From the human T2T-CHM13v2.0 reference genome, Homo sapiens, in the NCBI RefSeq assembly GCF_009914755.1, contig NC_060940.1: 64,000 nt of DNA, one strand, 5' to 3'. The translations under genes were made by a program, and so were the position numbers. The notes beneath the pieces were generated by a model that worked only from the letters and a program-made list of their open reading frames with translations, did no database searches and had not been told where the DNA came from. This document shows positions 14,182 to 32,839 of the stretch, piece after piece (within the stretch, counting starts at the first letter, position 1; every line of letters starts with the position of its first letter).

Positions 14182-14524
14182 CCTATACTCACTCCACTAC
14201 AGGCATCCTTCTTATAATATTATTATTTTTTCATGTTTTGAGAAATTTAAAAGATACGGTGACTACAAAAGAATAATGTAACATTCGTAATGCCACCACC
14301 CAGAGATAATAAATATTAACATCTTGTAAGATCTGTCTTTACATTTTTTAAAAAAAGAAATGAAATATTACAATGATATCCCAAGTCCCCTTTAACTGCT
14401 CCCCACTGCACCAGAGGGTCTTAGCTTTACTTTTAAGCAATGTGCACCTTCTTGGGATAGGGCTTGGCCAGGGATTTGGCCATAGTGTCAGTGACCTCAA
14501 CAAGATTAAGAATGGTTATTCCTA

Positions 14525-14715
14525 GGCCAGGCACACCTGCAATCCCAGCACTTTGGGAGGCTGAGGTGGGCAGATCACTTGACATCAGGAATTTGAGGCC
14601 AGCCTGGCCAACATGGTGAAACCCCATCTCTACTAAAAATACAAAAACTAGCTAGGCGTGGTGGCGAGCACCTATAATCCCAGCTACTCGGAAGGCTGAG
14701 GTTGCAGTAAGCAAG
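14525..14715 (+). mobile_element. Internally deleted Alu
   Basis: TSD AATGGTTATTCC at 14511-14522 and 14718-14729. Confidence 0.88.
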
Positions 14716-15058
14716 AAAATGGTTATTCCACAACCCTGACTGGAATAGAGGAAAGAGAGGCACCAGGTCACAATACTCCTGTGTATTGATGGATTAATCA
14801 CATAAAAAAGCTTTCTTTGGGCTTGGCATAGAGTAGTCAATCCCCAAATTTATACTCAATTAATTGAACAGATGCCCCAAAAGCAGGCACTTAACTGAGT
14901 GATTTTATGAAGACAGTAATAACGTAAACATTTTATAAATTAAAGGAATAACAACAACAAAAGAATGAAGGAAGAAGGAGGGAAGGAAGAAGAAGGAGGA
15001 ATGGAATGTCACTAACATGAAAGTCACAAGGCCAGCAGGTGCCACGCAACTCACACTA

Positions 15059-15212
15059 TTTTTTTTTTTTTTTGAGACAGGGTCTTACTCTGTCTCCCAG
15101 GCTACACTGCAGTGGTGCGATCATGGTTTACTGCAGCCTCGACCACCCCAGGCTCAGGTGGTTCTCCTGCCTCAGCCTTCGGGGTAGCTGGGACTACAGG
15201 TGCACACCACAA
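15059..15212 (-). mobile_element. Alu right arm
   Basis: T-tail plus antisense right monomer. Confidence 0.85.
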
Positions 15213-15356
15213 CACTCACACAATCTTAAGAGGAACCACACCCCTATCCAATAGGTAGAAAGCAAAGTACTTGCACATCTTCACATGTGACTTATGGGGA
15301 GAGAAATTTAAGTAATAAGAAACAACTCTAAAGTGTCCTAGAATCCTACTCCAGGA

Positions 15357-15661
15357 TTTTTTTTTTTTTTTTTTTTGAGATGGAGTTTCGCTCTGTCACC
15401 CAGGCTGGAGTGCAGTGGCAAAATTTTCGCTCATTGCAACCTCCACCTCTTCCTGGGTTGAAGTGATTATTCTCCTGCCTCAGCTTCCCGAGTAGCTGAG
15501 ATTACAGGCAGCCGCCACCACACCTGGCTAACTTTTGTATTTTTAGTAGAGATGGAGTTTTGCCATGTTGGCCAGGCTGGTCTCGAACTCCGACCTCAGG
15601 TGATCTGCTGCCTCGGCCTCCCAAAGTACTGGGATTACAGGCCTGATTCATCGCGCCCAGC
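15357..15661 (-). mobile_element. Alu
   Basis: Antisense dimer; CCTACTCCA flanks. Confidence 0.92.
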
Positions 15662-16188
15662 CCCTACTCCACGACTTCTGCATTAAGTGTAATTCTCTGG
15701 TTTCTTTCCTGACTTTTCTCCAAGACTCTGAGCTTCTTGAGGGCAGGGCCGATGCTTACTCCACCTCATGTGTTTCCCTTGTCTCCAAGGAACACGTGGG
15801 AACATGCAGAGAACATGTGCTGTCAAAGTTAAAAGATGTAAAGACAAATATAACACTAAGCAAAATACCTGACCCCAATGTCAAGAGCTCCAGTCAGAAT
15901 GCTACATGTCTTCAGCAAAACACGACACACAGTCACATGTGGCCTTACTTACCAAGACTGATTGCAGGCATTTGTTCTACAAATATGAAAATGCACAAGC
16001 ATTTTTATGTTAAGATTTGGGTCTGTTTATGCATGAAGAAGTTCAAGATGTTATTATGTATGACAAAGAACAAGTGGAAACAACCTCAGTGTCCAACAAT
16101 GACAAGAGTTAAATGAACGTGGTATGTCTACAGAGTACAATGAGCTGTGGTCTGGGTTTTTAATGACATGAGATAATGCTTTGTATGA

Positions 16189-16830
<642 letters not shown>

Positions 16831-17256
16831 TGATAAAATCTGAAAAGAACCCACAGTGATGCTCCTGCCAATGTCAAATGTAAAGTACAGGATGCTGTCA
16901 AAAGAATTTTTTTCAGACCATTTACTCCAAGGAAACCAAGTCGACACTTGATTACCTCTCTGTTCATCCTGAGTTGCTGCATACTGGCAGTAACAACCAT
17001 TTTATCAAACACAAGTTGAAATTAACTGATTGCCATAATTTGTCTCTTTTCTCAAGACAATGTTTCAAACCAACCTTTATTTTTATTTTATTGCCATTTT
17101 CTGTAGCTACGGTCTGCATTTTAAGTGAGCTTTTTTTTTGGCAGCCATAATCTTTAGATAATGAGCCCACCTGGGCTTGAACTGGTGAGGGGCTGGCCAG
17201 AGTCTGCGGGGGTGGGTACAGATCCCTCCCTGTTTCATGAAAGACACCATCAAGAA

Positions 17257-17705
<449 letters not shown>

Positions 17706-18309
17706 AAAGACACCATCAAGAGCATCTTTGTCTGCAGAAGGCACAATTCACATACTCAAGATGAACGGATGAACGGAGAGGCTTACTATGAAAGAAAAAT
17801 TCCTGCTTGTTGAGGCCAAAGGGGAATTCCACACCCCTGTATTCCACACCAAGTAGGCTCCACGGACCCTCACTTGGCAGATCCCTTTGGATATCCCAGT
17901 GCTGAGCCTCTGTGGTTGCAGCACCAGCTCCTTTCCTGAGGCAGCCCCTGTAGAGGAGCAGGTGAAGAATGGGCAGGAGGGTGAGCAGGTGGGACCCTGC
18001 CCCACACGGGTATCCCGGCTCCTCTCTACTTGCCATCAGCACCCGTGCCCACGGTGCATTCTGCTCATCAACATGCTCTGGGGCACCCAACAGCAATGTC
18101 GTTGAGAACACAGGACCCAGGGCCACTGCCCAGGCCCCAAGCAATTAGTGTCACCCACCACTTTGCAGCTGGTTGATGCTGGGGAAGCCGATTTGTCTCC
18201 CCACGCTGCAGTTTCCTTGTCTACAAAATCAGAGCAAGAGTCCCTGTGGTGTACTATTTATTAAGCAGTCATTATTACTATTTTACTAGTATAGTGTCCT
18301 GTGTGTGTT

Positions 18310-19180
18310 TTCTTTCTTTCTTTTTTTGAGACGTAGTCTCACTCTGTCACCCAGGCTAGTGGCGTAATCTTGGCTCACTGCAACCTCTGCCTCCTGGGTT
18401 CAAGTGATTCTCCTGCCTCAGCCTCTCAAGTAGCTAGGATTGAAGGCATGAAGTAGAAACACAATTTGACCCAGCCGTCCCATTACTGGGTATATACCCA
18501 AAGGATTATAAAACATGCTGCTATAAAGACACATGCACACATATGTTTATTGCGGCATTATTCACAATAGCAAAGACTTGGAACCAACCCAAATGTCCAA
18601 CAATCATAGACTGGATTAAGAAAATGTGGCACATATACAGCATGGAATACTATGCAGCCATAAAAAATGATGAGTTCATGTCCTTTGTAGGACACGGATG
18701 AAGCTGGAACCCATCATTCTCAGCAAACTATCGCAAGGACAAAAGACCAAACACCGCATGTTCTCACTCATAGGTGGGAATTGAACAGTGAGAACACATG
18801 GACACAGGAAGGGGAACATCACACGCTGGGGACTGTTGTGGGGTGGGGGGAGGGGGGGAGGGATAGCATTAGGAGACATGCCTAATGTTAAATGATGAGT
18901 TAATGGGTGCAGCACACCAACATGGCACATGTATACGTATGTAACAAACCTGCACATTGTTCACATGTACCCTAAAACTTAAAGTGTAATACAAAATAAA
19001 AAAAAAACAAAAACAACATAAAGGCATGCACCACCATGCCTGGATAATTTTTGTATTTTTAGTAGCTATGGGGTTTTGCCATGTTTGCCAGGCTAGTCTT
19101 GAACTCCTGACCTCAAGTGATCTGCCTGCCTCGGCCTCCCAAAGTGCTAGGATTACAGGCATGAGCCACTGTGCCCGGCC
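18310..19180 (-). mobile_element. Alu split by L1PA insertion
   Basis: Right arm 18310-18450, remainder 19021-19180. Confidence 0.9.
18451..19020 (+). mobile_element. 5'-truncated L1PA (L1PA3-5-like) 3' end inserted in an antisense Alu
   Basis: ORF2 end and 3'UTR with G-rich tract, CATGTACCCTAAAACTTAAAG and A-tail; TSD AAGGCATG at 18443-18450 and 19021-19028. Confidence 0.93.
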
Positions 19181-20247
19181 GTGTCCATTGCATTTTAAAT
19201 GACCAATGGAGTCACACTGACCCTCGAGGAAGGTGGTTTTTAATACCCACTGGTGGCACTTCACAGAGCCATCTCAGAGACAGGCTAACTTTAATTTGTC
19301 CCCGGTGTGGTGAACAGAACAAACACTGCCAGGAAGACTTTGGTTCCCACTCTGGCAACACTCGGCAGTGGGTCAGGGGTACCAATTCAAGGGATATCAG
19401 AAACTGTGTCCCTTACACATCCTTTTCACGTCCAGTCATTTAAAACATTTTTCAATAACCATGATGATAAGAATAGAGGTTCGCTATCACTGAGCACCTA
19501 CCAGGAGCCAGACACTGTCTCAAGGTACTGGATTATTTCATCTGATCCCCACAAAACCCACCGCACCTGCTTCATAGCTTTGTGATCTGAATGGATGACT
19601 CTGCCTCTAGGACCTGAATATGTCTGTCGGCAAAACGGAAAAAATACCAGTACCTTGTGGGGTTGCGGTGGAGGTTTGCCACACCATGGGAGCAGCCGCT
19701 GACAATAATGTGAATAAAAATAAAAGTGAACACTGACCATGTCTCTCAAGAAGCCTGTTCATCTCCTGCACTTTTCGGGAGAGAAATTGCTCTATTAGGT
19801 GCCTTCAGTGGCACCATGGAGGAGTGAGATCAGAGAATACTATAGTCCCCAGGGAGAAAGAGCACGCAGCATAGGGCCCCACCTGGCAGGGCGGCCCCAG
19901 AGGAGGCTCAGTGGCTGAAAGAACATCACAACTGCCTGACATGGCCCCTTCTATCTGGACAATGTTACTGCAGGGAATAGTACCCTCACCTGGACTTCCA
20001 ACTGCACACAGCACAGTGCTTACAGAAGGGAGACGTGTGAGGAAAAAAGATTTCCTTTCCTCTTACCGTGCCTATGAAATTTAAAATAGATTCAAGAGTT
20101 AGAGGGCCTCTGCTCCTTACAACTGACGTGCTCAGTTTCCACACCTGTGCCGAAGACCTGGAGAAGGCACCTTTAAGGTCCTGATAGAGGGGCTCCCAGG
20201 ACAATGTCTGGCACCCAGGAGGCTTCACCTAAATGAGTGGTATTTGC

Positions 20248-20523
20248 TTTTGAGAGTCTCACTCTGTCACCCAGGCTGGAGTGCAGTGGTGCAATCATGG
20301 ATCACTGCAACTTCAACATTCAGGCTCAGGCGATCCTCCCACCTCAGCCTCCCATGTAGCTGGGCGTGCACCACAATGCCTGGACTCATTTTTTGTGTTT
20401 TTTTGTAGAGACAGGTTTCACCATGTTGCCTAGGCTGGTCTCGAAGTCCTGGGCTCAAGCGACCCGCCCACCTCGGCTTCCTAAAGTGCTGGAATTACAG
20501 GGGTGAGTCTCTGTGCCTGGCCA
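20248..20523 (-). mobile_element. Alu (J-like)
   Basis: Antisense dimer. Confidence 0.9.
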
Positions 20524-20948
20524 TGCTATTTTTTTTTTACTTTCAACTCAATCAATTCATATGCAAACATTTTTAAGTAAAATTTAAAAGGCAATGAAAT
20601 CAAAGCATTTTTGAACTTATTTTACAAAGCAATGTTGTAGATTTGTACTTACACTGTGGGAAATAGGGAAAATGTCTTTTAAGTGAAGGCAAGTGCAGTA
20701 AATAAAAAATAACTTGAACTAGTAGACGGAATGAGCGTTTCACTAAGCTGGAGATACTGGAATTTTACAAAGGAATCTCACTGCTAATTTCAAAATGACA
20801 CTAATTGCTATTTTTGAAACATGATCTCAAAGGAGAAGATATAATATTTTGACTTCATAAACTTCAACAGACACTGCTGTTCCCCATGTTCTGGGGGCTC
20901 CTTTTTGAAATGTTGTGATGAAATTAAAAAATTAAATCATTTTTACTT

Positions 20949-21255
<307 letters not shown>

Positions 21256-21809
21256 CCAGACATTTTTAGTTGAAGAGCAATCTACAACCTCAGAGAAGAA
21301 ACTTCTCTGTTTTGTTCATCCCTCCATCCTCAGTGCCTAGCGTGGGATCCATGCTATTTGCTGAATGGATAAACGTTGATTTAACTTTAGGAATCAGCAG
21401 CATACATTTACACACGCCAGATTCTCAATTTATAAATATTTACCATCAGGACTTGATTTCAACTTTAATTAGCCCAACTGTTAAGGATACCTCCAAAGTG
21501 AGAAATCTAATCCATCACTTTACACCAGATGTAGCTTTGGCAGTTAGTCTTTTATCTAGGTTTATAGTGAATGAGAATCAGACATTAAATGACTAGTGTG
21601 TGATGTTTTGCGGTGAACTGATTGGAACCTAAAAAATAGGCCAAACGTGGGAAAATGAATTCAAGACTAAATCTGAGGAAATAAAACAAAGAGGGTAAAC
21701 TTCCTCTAGCTGATAAGGTCCCACAAACTCTGGATTCTATGGATGCTTAAAAAAAGGTGGGGGGGGGGGCGGGGGCATGAGTGTGAGATAGTTTTTTAAA
21801 AACCCCCCC

Positions 21810-22135
<326 letters not shown>

Positions 22136-22244
22136 TAACATGATTGTCACTGCCCTGTGGACAGGTTTGCTGCATTTGTAAAAAAATCTGACTATGAAAT
22201 TATACATTCAAAGGTGTGTTTACTAACACTTAATTGGTGAGGTA

Positions 22245-22945
<701 letters not shown>

Positions 22946-23461
22946 GGTGTGTGCTTTAAAAAATAAACAAAGGATCAAATTTTATCACTACATTCTGTAA
23001 GAATTTTTCATCTACTTCAGCGACTACCATCCTTTTAAACCAGTACCCCCTTTTGTTAAAATTAAAAGTAGCATGCCTTCCTCATCTACCCTGAAAACTC
23101 TCAGACTGGCTGTAATCGTCTATCTTCCCGCATATCCCAGGAGCCAAGAGAATTTTGTCTAGCTTTACTTCCTATAGTTTGCATTTTGAACAGAGTTGAT
23201 CATTATTTTCCCTTTCAAATCTACACAGCTATATCAGCAGGCAGCAGGCATGTCCCCAAACCAGGTCCGCCTGTCCTGGAGATTCTCAAGAACGCCCGCA
23301 AGAAGGACGCCAGCACCCCAGGGGTGAGAAGCATGCCGGTCTAGCTAATGGATAAAGCACATTTGCCTGCTGTGGGGTCCCCAAACGGTTCGGGATCATA
23401 CAGAACAACAAACACGCCCTTAGTGAGTGCTCACTATGAGCCAGACATGGTGCTAAGTGAC

Positions 23462-23782
<321 letters not shown>

Positions 23783-24037
23783 TGATTTTATATATGACTC
23801 TCCTTAAGGGATACACCAACTTGACAAGGTTGGGGTGAGTACCCTCTTTTTACAAGTGGGAAAACTAAGGCAGAGAAATGTTTAGTGGCTTCTCCCAAGC
23901 AACTTAAGAAGCCAAATCCTGTCTGTTCACCTGCCATGTTATAGGACCCCCTGCCCACCGGCCCAGACGCTAATTCCCCCTGTACAAACCTCCAAGTTTT
24001 GCCTTATCTGCACAGTACTCATACTACTATTTACTGA

Positions 24038-24295
<258 letters not shown>

Positions 24296-24634
24296 TAAAT
24301 CATTTTCTTTAAATTGATAAGCTAGTTCTATTTTTTTCTAATACATGTGAAGCTGATCACCCAATTATTAGACATCTTACATGCACCATGGACCCTCTTG
24401 TCTGCAATCCATCCCCACATCACATCCTGGTCTTCAGGGGAACATGTGCCTCACCCAGGCACGCCCTCCACTGAAGACCTTCAGGAGGCTTGTTCTGGGC
24501 AGACCTTTCTGTCAGTCAGGCAGTTGTTACAATGGGGTCGTCAGATGCATCCTAAACTTAGACACATACAGAATGTGGACAAGGTTCTGGGGAGAGCAAG
24601 AGCGTCACCCTGTAATGGGAACATTTCTCTAAGC

Positions 24635-24827
24635 CAAGAGTTGGAAAATTATCACCGGCAGGCCTACCACCTGTTTCTGGAAATAAAGTTTTATTGGAAC
24701 ACTGCACTGTCTGTGGCTGCTCTCTTGTTATGAAGGCAGAGTTGAGTAGTTGCTACAGAGACCATAGAGCCACAAAGCCCAAAATATTTACTATCTGACC
24801 CTTTACAGAAAAGTTCTATTGACCCCT
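24635..24827 (-). mobile_element. MER58A hAT MITE
   Basis: AATAAAGTTTTATTGGAACAC...GTTGAGTAGTTGC..AGAGACC..AAAATATTTACTATCTG. Confidence 0.8.
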
Positions 24828-24863
24828 CTAGGCGAAGCATTTCCCATACAAAAGTCAGCTTGT

Positions 24864-25164
<301 letters not shown>

Positions 25165-25457
25165 TCAGTTCATGAAAACCAACTCACAAGTGATACGGAT
25201 ATTACCTGCTGATAAGTAGACTTGAATCACGCTTAATTCAATTCCATTGACCACTATTCACCTATTGGGGGGCTACTATATGACAGTCTCAGCTAGGGGC
25301 TGGCCTTACAGAGGTGAATAAGGCTGGGCTTCTGTTTCCTGGAGGAATCAGGATCTAAACAGTGACTGCAATACAGCGCAAAGGATGTCAGAGCAGGATT
25401 TGATGTTTTATCTTCCTATAAAGTAAATCCTGGGAACCTGATCTTTTTGTTCTTTAA

Positions 25458-25787
<330 letters not shown>

Positions 25788-27438
25788 TAACCATGGACTA
25801 AGATTTATCTTCTCTCTCTCTCATTTTCTAAAAAAGCATAAATACTAGAAATGAAACTCTAATTCTGTGAAATGACTCATTAACTTTTGCGGGGAAGATC
25901 AACTTATTGGAATTTTTCATAATTGCCAAATTTGCTCTGGGCTCTCTAACACACAGTTCTAATCTCTCTTCGGAGAATGGAAAAAAAGAAAAGGTATCGA
26001 GACATCAAGGGAAACATGGTCAGTTAAAGATCTAGCTTTTGTTTTTTAAGACTGAGCTTCTAAATTGGAATCAATATTAAATGGGTCATATATTAACCCT
26101 CTGCTGAAAGAGGCATAAAGGACCGAGAAAATGTCTAGGTTCAACCAAAATTTCATTATCTACTATCTGTCTTTGCTACTCCAACTAGGTATCAGGTGAA
26201 TAAAGCGGAAAACCAATTTCTACATCCCTTGGATGTGATGAAATTGATTATCCTCACGCAGGTGAAATGAAGACAGAAAATAACAGGTGCTGCTTCACAC
26301 TGGTATATCTGTCCTGCCCTGATAACTGTTTATTTGTACCGGCTATTGACAATGTTTTTGTATCATACAAAGACGGTTTTTCACTGAGCTTCAAAAGTAG
26401 AAACAGGATGCATCTGTTTCTAGGGAAACCTGCGCTTGGAGGCTGGCAGGCTTCGATTCACACAGCACACCCCTCCACTCCCGGTGGTCCACTGCACAGT
26501 GACACCCTCCTCCTCGTTTATCTCATCCCATTTTTAAAAATTAATGCAACAATGAGAGATGATTGTTGATGCTCATTATTAAATCATTTATTCATCCCAC
26601 ACAATGATTCAGAATTATTCATCAAGCTTGCTGGAAGGAAGCTGGGTTTTACCTCCACGGTGGTTTGGGGAGAGATGTGCTCTTTAAAAGGGTATTTTAT
26701 AACAACACAATTATCATAATTAAAAGTTACCCTGATATTCTGATGAGCTTTTGACATATTTTTGAGTACTGGCATTTCAGCACAAGGAGATAAATGAGAC
26801 TGAGACAGTAGTAGGGAATAATATTGCCATGGGGGGAAGAAAACAAAGGCAATATTAAATACCAGCTGCCATCGTCACCCCCAATTTTATCCCAGCCTTT
26901 AAGTTAATGAATTTTACAAAATATCACTTGAACTTCTGGCTCTCCAAAATGAGTTCCAATTATGTTGTTGTGACCTGAGCCGCTTTCTGCATAACTGAGT
27001 CATGGATGCGTACAGCCAAGAGCGCCCACCTACATGAGCTTCCAAGCCCAGCAAGTCTATCTGCCTGCAGCAGAGAGCCTCCACATCCGACTCATATTTC
27101 CTTCTGATGTTGCCTAAGATTTGTTCTGTGTTTGGAAGGTCATTCAGCAAAAGGCCTGGTTTGGCAGGCCACGGAAACTGACAGGGAATTTCGGGAAGGG
27201 CTCTCATCTCTCTGGCCTTCTCTGTGAAGCAGGTTTAGGTGAAGACCCTTAGGCCAGTGGCCAAGAAGAGGTAGGTGCCTTTGTATACCTGCAGGTGGTG
27301 CCTGGAGGAAGCAGTGGGAGGGGGTGCTTGGGAAGAGAAAGACTGCTGAGTGACTTTGGAGAGCCAGCCTGGGGACCAGAGCAGAGAGAGGCACAAGTGG
27401 CTTCCCTAAGACCAAAGGCCACAGAGGCCACGTGTTGA

Positions 27439-27727
<289 letters not shown>

Positions 27728-27734
27728 AAAGACT

Positions 27735-28865
27735 TTCATTCATTCATTCCACAAATACTGATAAAACATTTATTATGAGCTAATATCTGAGCCAGGTCTC
27801 CCAACTGCATAGCTGAATATGACCCTGTCCCTGCCCTCAGGGAGCTGAGAGTTTAGCGGGGATTCAGACAAGTCAACACTTGCAAATCCACCTGACAAGT
27901 GCTGGGATAAGAGAAGCTGAAGAACCTGGGGTGGGGAGGAGGGGAGAGCCTTATACAGAAGATGTCAAAGTTGAGTGGGAGGCGGGATGTGGTGTCTCAT
28001 GCCTGTAATCCTAGCACTTTGGGATACCCCGGCGGGAGGGTCACTTGAGGCCAGGAATTTGATATCAGCCTGGGCAACACAGTGAGACCTCCATCTCTGC
28101 AAAAAATAAAAAAATTAGCCAGGCATCGTGGCACTCCCCTGTAGTCCCAGCTACTTAGGGGGCTGAGGTGGGAGGATCACTTGAGCCCAGGAATCCAGGG
28201 CTGCAGTGAGCTATGATCACATCACTGCACTCCAGCCTGAGTGACATAGTAAGACTCCATCTCAAGAAAAAAAAAATGTTGAGGCCGGGTGTGGTGGCTC
28301 ACACCCGTAATTCCAGCACTTTGGGAGGCTGAGGCGGGCAGATCACTTGAGGTCAGTCAGGAGTTCAAGACCATCCTGGCCAACATGGTGAAACCCCATC
28401 TCTACTAAAAATGCAAAAATTAGCCAGGCATGGTGGTGCGCGCCTGTAATCCCAGTTACTCGGGAGGCTGAGGCAGGAGAATCACTTGAACTTGGGAGGT
28501 GGAGGAGGTGGTAGTGACCCGAGATCATGCCACTGCACTACAGCCTGGGTGACAGAGTGAGAATGTCTCAGCAAACAAAAAATTGTTGAGTGGGCCTAGG
28601 CAGGTGAACCAGAAGAGGCTGGAGGGGAAGGCAGATGTGACTGAGAAGGGCCCTGGACACTGCAGTGAAGAGCTGGGCCGGACCTGGGGGTGGAGGGAAG
28701 CCTCATGCTTTGCAGTCAGTTACACACCCATCTTGCTGTTAGGTGCAGAATGAACTAGAATGGGTAAGAGCAGAGTGGGGAGCACAGTGCAGAGCTGCTG
28801 CTAAGACCCAGATGAGACAGTGGACAGGCTACAGAGACACGAAGGAGGTAGAATTAAAGGGACAT
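27735..28865 (-). mobile_element. L2 remnants interrupted by two Alus
   Basis: TTCATTCATTCATTC..AAACATTTATT..CCCTGCCCTCAGGGAGCT. Confidence 0.6.
27981..28582 (+). mobile_element. Two tandem Alus
   Basis: Dimers 27981-28275 and 28283-28582; GTTGAG recurs at the junctions. Confidence 0.9.
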
Positions 28866-29299
28866 GAAATAACCAAGTGCCTTCAGCTAGCGAGCTCCTC
28901 CGGAGATGGAGCCATTGGATTCCAGCGCCTGATGTCACTGAGAGTGGAATAAGGCAGCTAACCCCCCTGTTTTCTCATGCCTACCAAGCAGCCTCCTGAT
29001 TATAATTGGGCTTCCCATGTAGCTCTGCCTACGGGAAGAGAAAGCACCGCTGGGGTGGAGGCCAGGGCTGCGGTCTTGCTCTAAATTAATCAACTGCCAT
29101 TCTGGTTTGTAGCTATCAGTCTCTGGGAGCTGGGATAATTGGAGACACAGACCAGCTCTTGGTTTGCCAGCAACTCTGGTTCCTGTGCTTGAGGGGTTGC
29201 AGATCTGAGTGGGCAGGGGGCTGGGGCATCATGGATATGATGCCACCCTGTAGGGCCCTTGGTGGGTGGTCAACAGGCTTCTCCCAAGGGTGCCCTGTT

Positions 29300-29600
<301 letters not shown>

Positions 29601-29665
29601 TAGAACTGTGAGTCTTCTCAGTATCTGGGGGTGCTCTGTCCTACAAGGGGAAAACCACAGAACTA

Positions 29666-30088
<423 letters not shown>

Positions 30089-30338
30089 TCACTTCAATGG
30101 CATTAAATGTTCTCTCTGGCTTTATTCTCCACTACAGAATAGTCTCCATGGTGGTGCTCATGCCGCCTTGACGCTTTGTTTCCTTGTCATCAAGACAGTT
30201 TTCTGCACCAACTCAAGCATGGCATGAAATTTCAAACGACTTAATAGAAGTTTTCTAACTTTATCTCCATGGAACAGCTGGAAAACATCTCCAATTATGT
30301 GAGCTTATTGCAAAATGTCTTGAAAATACAAAATGTTC

Positions 30339-30874
<536 letters not shown>

Positions 30875-31399
30875 CTACCAGAAAGATAAAGGAGGTGGGT
30901 GGGCTAGTGCCTTAGAGTGCCATCAGAAATTGAGGTGTGACCTCCAGAAATGGAGGGTCTTCATTCTGTGCGTGCACGTGTCTGTCACATATATCACTGG
31001 CAGCAAAAGATGGGACTAAATCCGTTACTCTCTCCTGATTCTGGAGGAGAACTTAATCTACCTTGGCAGAGGAAAACTGATCAGGCCCCAGGAACTGTCC
31101 GCTAAAGCCACATCCCAGGATTTCCTGAGTCACAGCTGATGAATACTGGAGGGCAGCTTGACTCTTAAAGATCGTCTGCCCTTGAGCAAGGTGCCTGCTT
31201 CCCAGAGAAGTGAAAGCAGATGTCCCTGGCATCTTGCCTTCTCCCAAGGCACATGCAAGCCACATTCACACCCACCTGCACTACCCAGTCTACTTCCCCC
31301 AATAAACCCCTCCTGCCACTTCCAGAACTCCAATCTTCAACTGTGAGCAGCTATGGCACACTGAGTACTTAGGCTAGGGTCTGTTCTCCATGTCTTGGA

Positions 31400-31545
31400 G
31401 GCCTTTCTCATTTAATCCTTGACACCATCCTGCAATAAGGCTACTATTACTATTCCTGTTTTATAGACGAGGAAACTGAGGCACAGGAGGATTAACTAGC
31501 CAGACATGCAGTCTGCAAGTCCAAGAGCTGGTATCAGAACTCCCG
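31400..31545 (-). mobile_element. MIR just beyond the CPPED1 exon donor
   Basis: CTCATTTAATCCT..GTTTTATAGACGAGGAAACTGAGGCACAG. Confidence 0.75.
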
Positions 31546-31657
31546 GCCTAGTCCTCTCTCCCTTTTTGACACATTGCAGAGAGACGGGAGAAAGATCTGG
31601 AAATGCCCTCTCTAGACTTGTCCTTCCTCCCTGAAACCCGTGGCCCGGGGCCTCTAC

Positions 31658-32083
31658 CTGCGTGGATGAACTTGTCTGCCAACTTCTTCCGAGTGGACTT
31701 GCTGAGGTTGAAGTAGTAGTCGTCGTCCTCGTCGATGCTCTCCAGGAACAGCGGGATGTGCTGGAAGACGATGGCATGCTGGCAGTGCCGCTGCCTCGCG
31801 ATGCTCAGCTGCTCGTCCAGCCACTGGTCCTGAGCCTGCTTCAGGCTGGGGCATTTGGAGGGGTTCTCGTAGAACTGGGAGTTGAGGACCAGGAACAGGA
31901 CGCCCCCGACCCAGAAGCTGAAGTAGTCATCTCCCCAAGTCCGGCAGAACTCCTCGACGGTCTCGGCCGTGGGGGTGTTGCCAATGTCATGGTTGCCGCT
32001 GACAAGGACCAGTGGGATGGCCCTGTCCACTGCCCTAAGCACTCGCTTCAGGTCCTCCGTCTGCTCCGTCCGCCACGGCTTCC
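31658..32083 (-). CDS. CPPED1: Internal coding exon (exon 3 by recall) of CPPED1, Ser/Thr metallophosphoesterase; 426 bp = 142 codons, phase 1-1
   Basis: Translation (G)KPWRTEQTEDLKRVLRAVDRAIPLVLVSGNHDIGN...VFQHIPLF...LADKFIHA(G) matches my recall of human CPPED1 and has GNHD and H-x-P motifs. Acceptor ctcactcttccAG|GG (AG at 32085-32084); donor GCAG|GTAGAG (GT at 31657-31656); CpG-rich relative to flanks. Confidence 0.96.
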
Positions 32084-32375
32084 CTGGAAGAGTGAGGGTC
32101 ACGTCCTGAGAAAGCCAGGGGCTTATTCACTTGAAATAACTAACTTAAGTACTTACTAACATAAAATTTAAAAAAAGAGTAATCTGGAAATCCACTCCAC
32201 CTAGCACATGGAAACTGCAAAATGCAGTCACGTGCTAAAAGCAAACCAACAAGTCCGACGGGGGCCTCTGCCCATCCTTCCCCAGGATACCTTAGAAATT
32301 CCATGACTACATGGCCCCCTGCCCTATGTTGCTGAGTGATGGTGTGAAGTCAATCCTGAGATTAAATATTAGTGG

Positions 32376-32839
<464 letters not shown>

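Noticed and set aside
32084-32102. Apparent start (MTLTLP) of the 184-aa ORF
   Set aside because: GTG inside the polypyrimidine tract of the acceptor; the real exon starts at 32083.
31662-32159. 165-aa plus-strand ORF
   Set aside because: Antisense shadow of the GC-rich CPPED1 exon; no independent signals.
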